A stretch of DNA of 64,000 nt from Escherichia phage BEU50. Below the pieces are notes generated by a model. That model was not told the DNA's origin and did no database searches. It was given only the letters and a program-made list of their open reading frames with translations. Both the position numbers and the translations under genes were made by a program. The DNA lies in sequence record OM632671.1; one strand, given 5' to 3'. Position 1 is the first letter of the stretch. Each line of letters opens with the position of its first letter. Positions 1-8,646 of this stretch are shown piece after piece.

Positions 1-882
1 TCTAAAATTGACTCATATAACAAAGTTATTAAGATGTATCATGATGGTGGTACATGTCCTACTTGTGCATCACAGTTGCACCAGGGTGATCCTATTGTCT
101 CTAAGATTACCGATAAGCTTCACGAATGTAATCACTCATTCGAGCAACTTACATGTCACAGAGATAATCTGAGTGTCCTAGTGGACGAATATAGAGCTAA
201 TGTTAAGACTAAACAGGACCTTGCATCTGATATTCGTACCAAGAAACAAGCAATGATTGCCACTATTGATAAAGCTAAGAAAGTTAAAGCTGCAATAGAA
301 CAAGCCTCGGCGGAATTTATCGACCATGCCGATGAGATAGCTTTGCTTCAAAAAGAACTTGATAAAATCATTAAAACAAAATCGGATATCGTTCTTGAAA
401 AATACCATCGCGGTATTATCACAGATATGTTAAAAGATTCTGGTATTAAAGGTGCTATCATTAAAAAATATGTGCCTCTGTTCAACAAGCAGATTAACCA
501 TTATCTTAAAATCATGGAAGCTGATTATGTGTTTTCTATTGACGAAGAATTCAATGAATCTATAAAATCACGTGGACGTGAAGAATTCAGTTATGCTTCG
601 TTTAGTCAAGGTGAAAAGGCACGTATCGATATCGCATTGTTGTTTACATGGCGAGATATCGCTGAAAAGGTCTCTGGCGTTAGAATCAATACATTAATTA
701 TGGACGAAGTCATGGATTCCGCGACTGATTCTGAAGGTATTAAAGCTATTTCAACAATTCTTAACTCTCTAACCGATGCAAACGTGTTTATAATTAGTCA
801 CAGAGACCATGACCCACAAGCTTATGGACAACATCTTCAAATGAGCAAAGTTGGACGATTTACTGTAATGAAAGCCTCTTAA
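1..882 (+). CDS. 46: Recombination endonuclease subunit gp46 (SbcC/Rad50-like), C-terminal part; 5' end lies outside the window
   Basis: Frame open from position 1; translation has the Rad50/SbcC-type signature region (FSQGEKARIDIALL ... LIMDEV); synteny directly upstream of 45.2/rpbA/45. Confidence 0.8.
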   Translation, partial: SKIDSYNKVIKMYHDGGTCPTCASQLHQGDPIVSKITDKLHECNHSFEQLTCHRDNLSVLVDEYRANVKTKQDLASDIRTKKQAMIATIDKAKKVKAAIEQASAEFIDHADEIALLQKELDKIIKTKSDIVLEKYHRGIITDMLKDSGIKGAIIKKYVPLFNKQINHYLKIMEADYVFSIDEEFNESIKSRGREEFSYASFSQGEKARIDIALLFTWRDIAEKVSGVRINTLIMDEVMDSATDSEGIKAISTILNSLTDANVFIISHRDHDPQAYGQHLQMSKVGRFTVMKAS

Positions 883-1595
883 TGAGGCTTATATTTACAA
901 TTATCGAAATGCCAACGATGCATATTAGCAGGGATCCCTATTTTATCGCAATGAGGACATTTAATTTTCTTGTCCTCTTTTTTCTTTCTGTTAGGATTTG
1001 ATTTACAGAATTTTATATGTGGCTTTAACGCCGATAACTTAGTAGTTAAGCCACAAAACGGGCAAGAATCTTCTTTCCAAATTTTCGTGGCCATGGTTTT
1101 AATTATTTTATCTTTTGTTTCTTGATCAAGTTTTACTATTTTAGGCGTTGGACCTTGTTTACAATTATCAAAATGCCAACGTCGCATGTTTCCTTCAGTT
1201 CCAGTTAAACCACAATGTGGACAGGTAATCTTTGGTTTATTTTTTGCAGACTCGGACATTTTCTTACGGGTTTCAGCAGTGAATTCTTTATTCTTTTGAA
1301 CTTCTTGATTCTTACGTCGAAGCCATCCAAATAATTTGTTTTTGCTTCTATCTGCTTTAGGAGATGATATGGTCATCATACGAGCGGCATATATTAAAGA
1401 GGCATTATCTGGATGGATTTTTACCAACAGTTGATGTGCCAAATAATGTTCTTCCGGTGTTAAGTCTACTAAGTTTAAAGCATCATCACTTCCACCTAAA
1501 CATTGTGGTATAATGTGATGACGTTCTGTATAACCATCTAAACTTCTTGATTTAGCATTGGTGATAAGCTTTTCGTATATTGAGTTATAATTCAT
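879..1595 (-). CDS. HNH homing endonuclease with three C-terminal zinc-ribbon repeats (Mob/I-TevIII-like)
   Basis: N-terminal HNH motif (TERHHIIPQCLGGSDDALNLVDLTPEEHYLAH); three CPHCG...RWHFDNCK repeats; opposite orientation to flanking early genes; paralogue of 35065..35862 and 61264..62073. Confidence 0.75.
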   Translation of the reverse strand: MNYNSIYEKLITNAKSRSLDGYTERHHIIPQCLGGSDDALNLVDLTPEEHYLAHQLLVKIHPDNASLIYAARMMTISSPKADRSKNKLFGWLRRKNQEVQKNKEFTAETRKKMSESAKNKPKITCPHCGLTGTEGNMRRWHFDNCKQGPTPKIVKLDQETKDKIIKTMATKIWKEDSCPFCGLTTKLSALKPHIKFCKSNPNRKKKEDKKIKCPHCDKIGIPANMHRWHFDNCKYKPH

Positions 1596-1640
1596 TTACT
1601 AAATCCTTATTTGATACAGCAACAGATAAATTGATAAACC

Positions 1641-1648
1641 TATTTATA
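1641..1648 (-). promoter_or_regulatory. T4-type late promoter TATAAATA (minus strand) about 45 nt upstream of the HNH gene
   Basis: Plus-strand TATTTATA is the reverse complement of the late-promoter octamer. Confidence 0.4.
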
Positions 1649-1672
1649 TTGCTTTAATCACGGAGATTTATA

Positions 1673-1864
1673 ATGGCGGAGTATTCAACCGGACAACATC
1701 TTCTCGTTGTCCCTGAAATTAAAAGATATGTTTTGACCAATACGTTTTCAGGTGAAGAACATATTGTTACTGAACAAATGCTCAAATCTGCTTTTAAAGA
1801 TGAGTATAATAAAATAATGTCTAATCGCAATTCCGCATGGACAGTTACCGACTTCTACGAATAA
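1673..1864 (+). CDS. Small early protein at the 45.2 position
   Basis: 63-aa ORF with ATG; position between 46 and rpbA as in T4. Confidence 0.4.
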   Translation: MAEYSTGQHLLVVPEIKRYVLTNTFSGEEHIVTEQMLKSAFKDEYNKIMSNRNSAWTVTDFYE

Positions 1865-1876
1865 GAGAGAAATAAT

Positions 1877-2293
1877 ATGTTTACTACTGCTAAAGGTTTC
1901 ACTGCTGCTGATCTGAAAGTTACTTCTATCCGTACTGACGCTAACCCACATAACCATAATCGTGTTCGTAAAGCATGGGTCCTGCATTGTGATGACGCAA
2001 GTGCTAAAAAACTCCAATCTTTGCCACAAGAAACTCGTTTTATGATTTATGGTTTTATTGATAACGATGTATCTGATATGTGGATTCATCTGATGCGTAA
2101 GCACTATAAAGATTCTATTGAAGCTGGCGGAAAAATCGTTCTTGATAAAGACGGTTCTGAGCGTCTGGAAGATTTCTATTGTGTTGATGCCGACGAACAA
2201 CTAATTGCAGCTGGCGAAATTGTTGCTTCTAAAATTCCAGAATATATTGAATCACTGCCTGAAGCTATTAAAAAGCAGATGGTTGCTGCATAA
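1877..2293 (+). CDS. rpbA: RpbA-like RNA polymerase-binding protein
   Basis: 138-aa ORF immediately upstream of gene 45 (T4 rpbA position); Shine-Dalgarno GAGAGAAA before ATG. Confidence 0.45.
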   Translation: MFTTAKGFTAADLKVTSIRTDANPHNHNRVRKAWVLHCDDASAKKLQSLPQETRFMIYGFIDNDVSDMWIHLMRKHYKDSIEAGGKIVLDKDGSERLEDFYCVDADEQLIAAGEIVASKIPEYIESLPEAIKKQMVAA

Positions 2294-2335
2294 TAAATTT
2301 GTTATAAACTTTGAATTGTCTTGAAAGGAAATAAA

Positions 2336-3022
2336 ATGAAACTGTCTAAAGATACTATCGCTATTCTGAAAAACTTTGCCTCTATTAACTCCGGCATTCT
2401 GCTTAGTCAAGGTAAATTTATTATGACTCGTGCAGTTAATGGCACCACTTATGCGGAAGCAAATATCTCCGATGAAATTGATTTTGACGTAGCACTTTAT
2501 GATTTGAATAGCTTCTTAAGCATTTTGAGTCTAGTGTCTGATGATGCTGAAATTTCAATGCACACTGATGGCAATATTAAAATTGCAGACACACGTTCCA
2601 CAGTTTATTGGCCTGCCGCTGACAAGAGCACCATTGTTTTTCCTAATAAGCCAATTCAATTCCCAGTGGCTTCTGTGATTACTGAAATTAAAGCCGAAGA
2701 CCTTCAACAATTGCTTCGAGTTTCACGTGGTCTTCAGATTGATACAATTGCTATTACAAATAAAGATGGTAAAATTGTTATCAACGGCTATAATAAAGTT
2801 GAAGATTCTGGACTAACTCGTCCTAAGTATTCTTTGACTCTTACCGATTATGATGGTTCTAACAACTTTAACTTCGTAATCAATATGGCTAATATGAAAA
2901 TCCAGCCAGGTAACTATAAAGTAATGTTGTGGGGAGCTGGTGATAAAGTTGCAGCTAAGTTTGAAAGCTCTCAAGTAAGTTATGTTATTGCGATGGAAGC
3001 CGATTCTACCCACGACTTCTAA
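2336..3022 (+). CDS. 45: Sliding clamp gp45
   Basis: Translation MKLSKDT...TRAVNGTTYAEANISD...STHDF matches T4-family gp45 from memory; the ORF track start at 2321 is an upstream TTG, ATG at 2336 follows the RBS AAAGGAA. Confidence 0.9.
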   Translation: MKLSKDTIAILKNFASINSGILLSQGKFIMTRAVNGTTYAEANISDEIDFDVALYDLNSFLSILSLVSDDAEISMHTDGNIKIADTRSTVYWPAADKSTIVFPNKPIQFPVASVITEIKAEDLQQLLRVSRGLQIDTIAITNKDGKIVINGYNKVEDSGLTRPKYSLTLTDYDGSNNFNFVINMANMKIQPGNYKVMLWGAGDKVAAKFESSQVSYVIAMEADSTHDF

Positions 3023-3097
3023 GTCAAAGCTTTACGTTTATTGTGATACGTTTATGGAGGAGAAATCCTCCAGTTTAATGATAATGAGGAAAATTAC

Positions 3098-4060
3098 ATG
3101 ATTACTATCAATTCCAAAGAACACATTCTAGAACAGAAATATCGTCCTTCTTCCATTGACGAATGTATTCTGCCTGCGTATGACCATGAAACATTCAAGT
3201 CTTTAGTATCTAAAGGAAAACTTCCTCATATTATTTTGCACTCTCCTTCTCCTGGTACAGGTAAAACAACCGTAGCAAAAGCATTATGTAACGATATCAA
3301 CGCTGAAATGATGTTCGTCAACGGTTCTGATTGTAAGATTGATTTTGTGCGTGGTCCGTTAACTGCATTCGCTCGTTCAGTCTCAATGGAAGGCAAGCCG
3401 AAAGTTATCGTTATCGATGAATTTGACCGTAGTGGCCTTGCTGAATCACAACGGCACCTTCGTACATTCATGGAAGAATTCTCTAGTAACTGTTCTATTA
3501 TTATTACTGCTAACAACATCGATGGAATTATTGAACCATTACGTAGTCGTTGTCGAGTTATCGAATTCGGACGTCCAACCGAAGAAGATAAAATCTCGAT
3601 GATGAAGAAAATGATTCATCGTATGGTTGAAATCTGTAAGAACGAAAATATCGAAATCGCTGATATGAAAGTTGTTGCAGCTCTGGTTAAAAAGAACTTC
3701 CCGGACTTTCGTCGTACAATTGGACAATTAGACCAGTACTCGTCTAAAGGTGTTCTCGATGCAGGTATTCTGTCTATCGTAACTAATGACCGTGGCACAG
3801 TCTCTGATGTTATCGAAGCAATGAAGAACAAAGATATCAAACAACTTCGTGCATTAGCTCCAAAATATGCTGCAGATTATTCATGGTTCATCGATAAATT
3901 AGTTTCAGAATGTTATGACCAAGTTGCACCTGGTAAAAGTATTATTTCGCTTTACGAAATTGCAGGCGAAAATAATAAGTTTCATGGACTAGCTAGTAAT
4001 ATTGAATTACATGTTATGTATATGCTTCTTCAATTGACTTGTGAACTGACTTGGAAATAA
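3098..4060 (+). CDS. 44: Clamp loader large subunit gp44 (AAA+)
   Basis: Walker [15 protein letters not shown] Walker B, SRC motif ([10 protein letters not shown]); synteny 45-44-62. Confidence 0.9.
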   Translation: MITINSKEHILEQKYRPSSIDECILPAYDHETFKSLVSKGKLPHIILHSPSPGTGKTTVAKALCNDINAEMMFVNGSDCKIDFVRGPLTAFARSVSMEGKPKVIVIDEFDRSGLAESQRHLRTFMEEFSSNCSIIITANNIDGIIEPLRSRCRVIEFGRPTEEDKISMMKKMIHRMVEICKNENIEIADMKVVAALVKKNFPDFRRTIGQLDQYSSKGVLDAGILSIVTNDRGTVSDVIEAMKNKDIKQLRALAPKYAADYSWFIDKLVSECYDQVAPGKSIISLYEIAGENNKFHGLASNIELHVMYMLLQLTCELTWK

Positions 4061-4061
4061 T

Positions 4062-4625
4062 ATGAACTTATTCGATGATGACGTCCGGCTTAACGAGCAC
4101 CAAATTGCATGGAAGTCTAATGACGCTGATGCGATTCAAAAATGTGCTGACATGTTTAAAGAAAAACCTGAGAATGAATTCTTTAAAATCATTAATGCTA
4201 TTAATGAAAAGAAATCTATGTCAATTGCTCAGGTCGACTACTCAAAATTTATGGTTGAGAACTCATTATCCCAGTTCCCGGAATGTATGCCAGCTGTTTA
4301 CATGATGAACTTAGTCGGTTCTGAATTAAGTGATGAAGCACACTTCAACTATATGATGGCGGCAATTCCGCGTGGTCGTCGATTCTCTAAATGGGCTAAA
4401 CTAGTTGAAGACACTTCAGAGTTACTAGTTATCAAACTGTTGATGAAACATTACACAATCAACATGAATGATGCTACCGAGTATAAGCGGCTCCTTGAAA
4501 AAAATAACAAGTTGCCAATAGTCCTTAAAGAACTGAAGGCCATGGTCACTGATGAGTTTCTCAAAGAAGTTACAAAAAATGTGAAAGAACAAAAACAATT
4601 TAAAAAATTAGCATTGGAATGGTAA
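4062..4625 (+). CDS. 62: Clamp loader small subunit gp62
   Basis: 187-aa ORF starting 1 nt after gp44 stop; T4 synteny. Confidence 0.75.
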   Translation: MNLFDDDVRLNEHQIAWKSNDADAIQKCADMFKEKPENEFFKIINAINEKKSMSIAQVDYSKFMVENSLSQFPECMPAVYMMNLVGSELSDEAHFNYMMAAIPRGRRFSKWAKLVEDTSELLVIKLLMKHYTINMNDATEYKRLLEKNNKLPIVLKELKAMVTDEFLKEVTKNVKEQKQFKKLALEW

Positions 4626-4627
4626 AA

Positions 4628-4996
4628 ATGATCGAAATTAAATTGAAGAACCCTGAAGATTTTCTGAAAGTCAAAGAGACTTTGACCCGTATGGGCATCG
4701 CTAATAACAAGGATAAAGTCCTTTATCAGTCCTGTCATATACTCCAAAAGCAAGGTAAATATTACATCGTCCACTTTAAAGAAATGTTGCGTATGGATGG
4801 ACGACAAGTTGATATCGATGGTGAAGACTACCAACGACGTGATTCGATTGCTCAGTTGCTTGAAGACTGGGGCTTGATTGTTATTGAAGACTCTGCTCGT
4901 GAAGATCTGTTTGGCCTGACTAATAACTTCCGTGTTATCTCTTTTAAACAGAAAGATGACTGGACTTTGAAAGCAAAATATACAATTGGTAATTAA
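4628..4996 (+). CDS. regA: Translational repressor RegA
   Basis: MIEIKLKNPEDFLKVKETLTRMGIANNKDKVLYQSCHILQK... closely matches T4 RegA from memory; ATG at 4628 preferred over 4619. Confidence 0.85.
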   Translation: MIEIKLKNPEDFLKVKETLTRMGIANNKDKVLYQSCHILQKQGKYYIVHFKEMLRMDGRQVDIDGEDYQRRDSIAQLLEDWGLIVIEDSAREDLFGLTNNFRVISFKQKDDWTLKAKYTIGN

Positions 4997-5000
4997 AGCA

Positions 5001-5018
5001 ATGGGACTTCGGTCCCAT
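5001..5018 (+). other. Perfect RNA stem-loop ATGGGAC-UUCG-GUCCCAT between regA and gene 43 (no U tract)
   Basis: 7-bp stem with UUCG tetraloop; no downstream T run, so more likely a stability/processing or regulatory hairpin than a terminator. Confidence 0.35.
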
Positions 5019-5077
5019 TTGGAGTATAATAAGTTCATCAACAAACAAAAGACAATAACTCGTCTAAAGGAAATTAA

Positions 5078-7789
5078 ATGAAAGAATTTTACTTAACGGT
5101 TGAACAGATTGGTGATTCAATTTTTGAACGTTACATCGATTCTAATGGCCGTGAACGTACTCGTGAAGTAGAATATAAACCATCACTGTTTGCTCATTGT
5201 CCAGAAAGTCAGGCTACGAAATATTTCGATATCTACGGTAAACCGTGTACTCGTAAGTTGTTCGCTAATATGCGTGATGCCTCCCAATGGATTAAACGCA
5301 TGGAAGATATCGGACTTGAAGCACTTGGCATGGACGATTTCAAATTGGCGTATTTGTCTGACACTTATAACTATGAAATCAAATACGACCATACAAAAAT
5401 TCGTGTGGCTAACTTCGACATCGAAGTAACATCTCCGGATGGGTTCCCTGAGCCGTCACAAGCAAAACATCCTATTGATGCTATCACCCATTATGACTCA
5501 ATTGACGACAGGTTCTACGTATTTGATCTATTGAATTCTCCATATGGTAATGTGGAAGAATGGTCTATCGAAATTGCGGCTAAGCTTCAAGAACAAGGCG
5601 GTGATGAAGTTCCATCCGAAATTATCGACAAAATCGTTTATATGCCGTTCGATAACGAAAAAGAATTGTTGATGGAATATCTCAACTTCTGGCAACAGAA
5701 AACTCCTGTCATTTTGACTGGATGGAACGTTGAGTCATTTGATATTCCATATGTGTATAACCGAATCAAGAATATTTTTGGCGAATCTACTGCGAAACGT
5801 TTATCACCACATCGTAAAACTCGTGTTAAAGTTATCGAAAACATGTATGGTTCTCGTGAAATCATTACATTGTTCGGTATCTCTGTTCTTGATTACATTG
5901 ACCTTTACAAAAAATTCTCTTTTACCAATCAACCGTCGTATTCTCTGGATTACATTTCAGAATTTGAATTGAACGTTGGTAAACTGAAATATGACGGCCC
6001 TATTTCTAAGCTTCGTGAAAGCAATCACCAACGATATATTTCTTATAACATTATCGACGTGTATCGTGTATTGCAAATTGATGCTAAGCGTCAGTTCATC
6101 AACTTGAGCTTGGACATGGGTTATTATGCTAAGATACAGATTCAATCTGTGTTTAGCCCAATTAAAACATGGGATGCTATTATTTTTAATAGCCTTAAAG
6201 AGCAGAACAAGGTGATTCCACAAGGTCGTTCTCACCCAGTTCAACCTTACCCTGGTGCTTTTGTTAAGGAACCTATTCCAAATCGATACAAATATGTAAT
6301 GAGTTTCGACCTTACATCTCTGTATCCAAGTATTATTCGCCAAGTGAATATTAGCCCGGAAACAATAGCAGGAACGTTTAAAGTAGCTCCACTGCATGAT
6401 TATATTAACGCAATCGCTGAACGTCCTTCAGATGTGTACAGTTGCTCTCCTAACGGCATGATGTATTATAAAGACCGTGATGGTGTAGTTCCAACTGAAA
6501 TCACTAAGGTCTTTAATCAACGTAAAGAACATAAAGGTTACATGCTTGCAGCTCAACGTAATGGTGAAATAATTAAAGAGGCATTGCATAATCCTAATCT
6601 TTCTGTTGACGAACCATTAGATGTTGATTATCGTTTCGACTTCAGTGATGAGATTAAAGAAAAGATTAAAAAGTTGTCTGCTAAATCTCTTAATGAAATG
6701 TTGTTTAGAGCTCAACGTACTGAAGTTGCAGGTATGACTGCACAGATTAACCGTAAATTGCTCATCAACTCACTTTATGGTGCACTTGGCAACGTTTGGT
6801 TCCGTTATTATGATTTGCGTAATGCTACTGCAATCACAACATTTGGTCAAATGGCTTTACAGTGGATTGAACGTAAAGTTAATGAATATCTGAATGAAGT
6901 TTGTGGTACAGAAGGTGAAGCTTTCGTTCTATATGGTGATACAGACTCCATTTACGTATCTGCAGATAAAATTATTGATAAGGTTGGTGAATCTAAATTC
7001 CGTGATACCAACCATTGGGTAGACTTCTTAGATAAGTTCGCTCGTGAACGTATGGAACCTGCTATTGATAGAGGTTTCCGTGAAATGTGCGAATACATGA
7101 ACAATAAACAACACTTAATGTTCATGGACCGAGAAGCTATCGCTGGTCCTCCGCTCGGTTCTAAAGGTATTGGTGGATTTTGGACTGGTAAGAAACGTTA
7201 TGCATTAAACGTGTGGGATATGGAAGGAACCAGATACGCTGAACCTAAGCTTAAAATCATGGGTCTCGAAACACAGAAATCTTCGACTCCTAAAGCAGTA
7301 CAGAAAGCTCTTAAAGAATGTATTCGTCGTATGCTTCAAGAAGGTGAAGAATCATTACAAGAATATTTTAAAGAGTTTGAAAAAGAATTCCGTCAATTGA
7401 ATTATATTAGCATCGCGTCGGTATCTTCTGCGAATAACATTGCTAAATATGATGTAGGTGGATATCCAGGACCTAAATGCCCGTTCCATATTCGTGGAAT
7501 TCTGACGTATAACCGGGCTATCAAAGGTAATACCGATGCACCGCAAGTTGTAGAAGGTGAAAAAGTATATGTTCTGCCTTTACGTGAAGGAAACCCATTC
7601 GGTGATAAATGTATCGCATGGCCTTCTGGTACTGAAATCACAGATTTAATTAAAGACGATGTACTTCATTGGATGGACTACACTGTTCTCCTTGAGAAGA
7701 CATTTATTAAACCACTTGAAGGATTCACATCAGCAGCGAAACTCGATTACGAGAAGAAAGCATCTCTGTTCGATATGTTCGATTTTTGA
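5078..7789 (+). CDS. 43: DNA polymerase gp43 (family B), RB69-type, 903 aa
   Basis: Translation matches the RB69 polymerase sequence as I remember it (MKEFYLTVEQIGDSIFERYIDSNGRERTREVEYKPSLFAHC...), exonuclease motifs FDIE and YNIIDV, polymerase motifs SLYPS, YGDTDS. Confidence 0.95.
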   Translation: MKEFYLTVEQIGDSIFERYIDSNGRERTREVEYKPSLFAHCPESQATKYFDIYGKPCTRKLFANMRDASQWIKRMEDIGLEALGMDDFKLAYLSDTYNYEIKYDHTKIRVANFDIEVTSPDGFPEPSQAKHPIDAITHYDSIDDRFYVFDLLNSPYGNVEEWSIEIAAKLQEQGGDEVPSEIIDKIVYMPFDNEKELLMEYLNFWQQKTPVILTGWNVESFDIPYVYNRIKNIFGESTAKRLSPHRKTRVKVIENMYGSREIITLFGISVLDYIDLYKKFSFTNQPSYSLDYISEFELNVGKLKYDGPISKLRESNHQRYISYNIIDVYRVLQIDAKRQFINLSLDMGYYAKIQIQSVFSPIKTWDAIIFNSLKEQNKVIPQGRSHPVQPYPGAFVKEPIPNRYKYVMSFDLTSLYPSIIRQVNISPETIAGTFKVAPLHDYINAIAERPSDVYSCSPNGMMYYKDRDGVVPTEITKVFNQRKEHKGYMLAAQRNGEIIKEALHNPNLSVDEPLDVDYRFDFSDEIKEKIKKLSAKSLNEMLFRAQRTEVAGMTAQINRKLLINSLYGALGNVWFRYYDLRNATAITTFGQMALQWIERKVNEYLNEVCGTEGEAFVLYGDTDSIYVSADKIIDKVGESKFRDTNHWVDFLDKFARERMEPAIDRGFREMCEYMNNKQHLMFMDREAIAGPPLGSKGIGGFWTGKKRYALNVWDMEGTRYAEPKLKIMGLETQKSSTPKAVQKALKECIRRMLQEGEESLQEYFKEFEKEFRQLNYISIASVSSANNIAKYDVGGYPGPKCPFHIRGILTYNRAIKGNTDAPQVVEGEKVYVLPLREGNPFGDKCIAWPSGTEITDLIKDDVLHWMDYTVLLEKTFIKPLEGFTSAAKLDYEKKASLFDMFDF

Positions 7790-7829
7790 TATAATGTCAT
7801 GGACGGTAAACTAATTAAATGAGAGAAAT

Positions 7830-8465
7830 ATGAAAACTACTCCTATTACTATCGCTATTGACGCAATCATAAAACAAGCTTCTTCTTTGGCCGCTATGGC
7901 CAAAGTAATTAGTCAAAACCCTGCTCGTTATAATGCTATTCTAGAAACTCTTCGACGCCCGGGACTTAGTAATTATGAAAGCCGAGTAATTATTACAGGT
8001 GTTGGTAAGAATGCTAATATTGCAACTAAAGCTTCTGAGACATTTGCTTCACTCGGTATCCCGAGTATGTACTTGAACACTGGGCATTATTCTCACGGTG
8101 ATGCAGGATTCATTGCGCCTAATGATGTGTTGATTCATATTAGTCGTTCTGGTAAAACTGAAGAAATGATAGGCGTGGCTAAGCATCTTAAAATGATTCG
8201 ACCGAACGTCAAACAGATTCTGTTGCATTGTAACCCAGACATTCCACAAGAAAATGAAGCCCTTTTTGATTACTCTTTCTGTACAGGCATCGCAGTAGAG
8301 GTTGATGAGAATTCTCTGGCTCCGACTATGTCCACTACATTGTTGTTAGCGCTTATCGATACGTTTGCTATCAACCTTTCGTCTGAACGTGGATTTACCT
8401 CTAATGACTTCCTTAAGTTCCACCCTGGTGGTGCACTAGGTGCCATGTTACGAGGCGAACAATGA
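7830..8465 (+). CDS. SIS-domain sugar-phosphate isomerase, KdsD/GutQ-type arabinose-5-phosphate isomerase catalytic domain without CBS domains
   Basis: Motifs GVGKNANIATKASETFASLG, HGDAG, ISRSGKT, LAPTMSTT, HPGGALG align with the KdsD SIS domain (ATFASTG, HGDLG, ISNSGES, LAPTSSTT, HPGGALG) from memory. Confidence 0.7.
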   Translation: MKTTPITIAIDAIIKQASSLAAMAKVISQNPARYNAILETLRRPGLSNYESRVIITGVGKNANIATKASETFASLGIPSMYLNTGHYSHGDAGFIAPNDVLIHISRSGKTEEMIGVAKHLKMIRPNVKQILLHCNPDIPQENEALFDYSFCTGIAVEVDENSLAPTMSTTLLLALIDTFAINLSSERGFTSNDFLKFHPGGALGAMLRGEQ

Positions 8466-8605
8466 AAGCAATAACAATAGGACTTTTACTATTGATGCTT
8501 GTCATGACTATCTACTGGAGCTTAACGGCTCCAGTAATGATTCCAACACTTGTAATTGGATGGATTATGATTGGACTACAAGCAAAGTATGAATGCTTTA
8601 ACTAG
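8462..8605 (+). CDS. Small hydrophobic membrane protein (47 aa), start overlaps the isomerase stop (ATGA)
   Basis: MKAITIGLLLLMLVMTIYWSLTAPVMIPTLVIGWIMIGLQAKYECFN; below the ORF-track size cutoff. Confidence 0.3.
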   Translation: MKAITIGLLLLMLVMTIYWSLTAPVMIPTLVIGWIMIGLQAKYECFN

Positions 8606-8618
8606 AATAGTGTACAAT
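8594..8618 (+). promoter_or_regulatory. Possible MotA-dependent middle promoter (MotA box TGCTTTA, 12 nt, TACAAT)
   Basis: aTGCTTTAactagaatagtgTACAAT about 30 nt upstream of the 8647 start. Confidence 0.35.
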
Positions 8619-8646
8619 ACTCCTACTTACCAATGAGGACCACAAC

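Noticed and set aside
1651-1674. MotA-box-like GCTTTA plus TATAAT upstream of the 45.2-like ORF
   Set aside because: The TATAAT overlaps the ATG start codon, so it cannot serve as the -10 for that gene; treated as coincidence
5183-7641. Several 60-150-aa ORFs on both strands inside gene 43 (for example 5183..5392, 5957..6397, 7402..7641)
   Set aside because: Fully contained within the DNA polymerase coding sequence; no RBS or promoter; frame noise in AT-rich DNA
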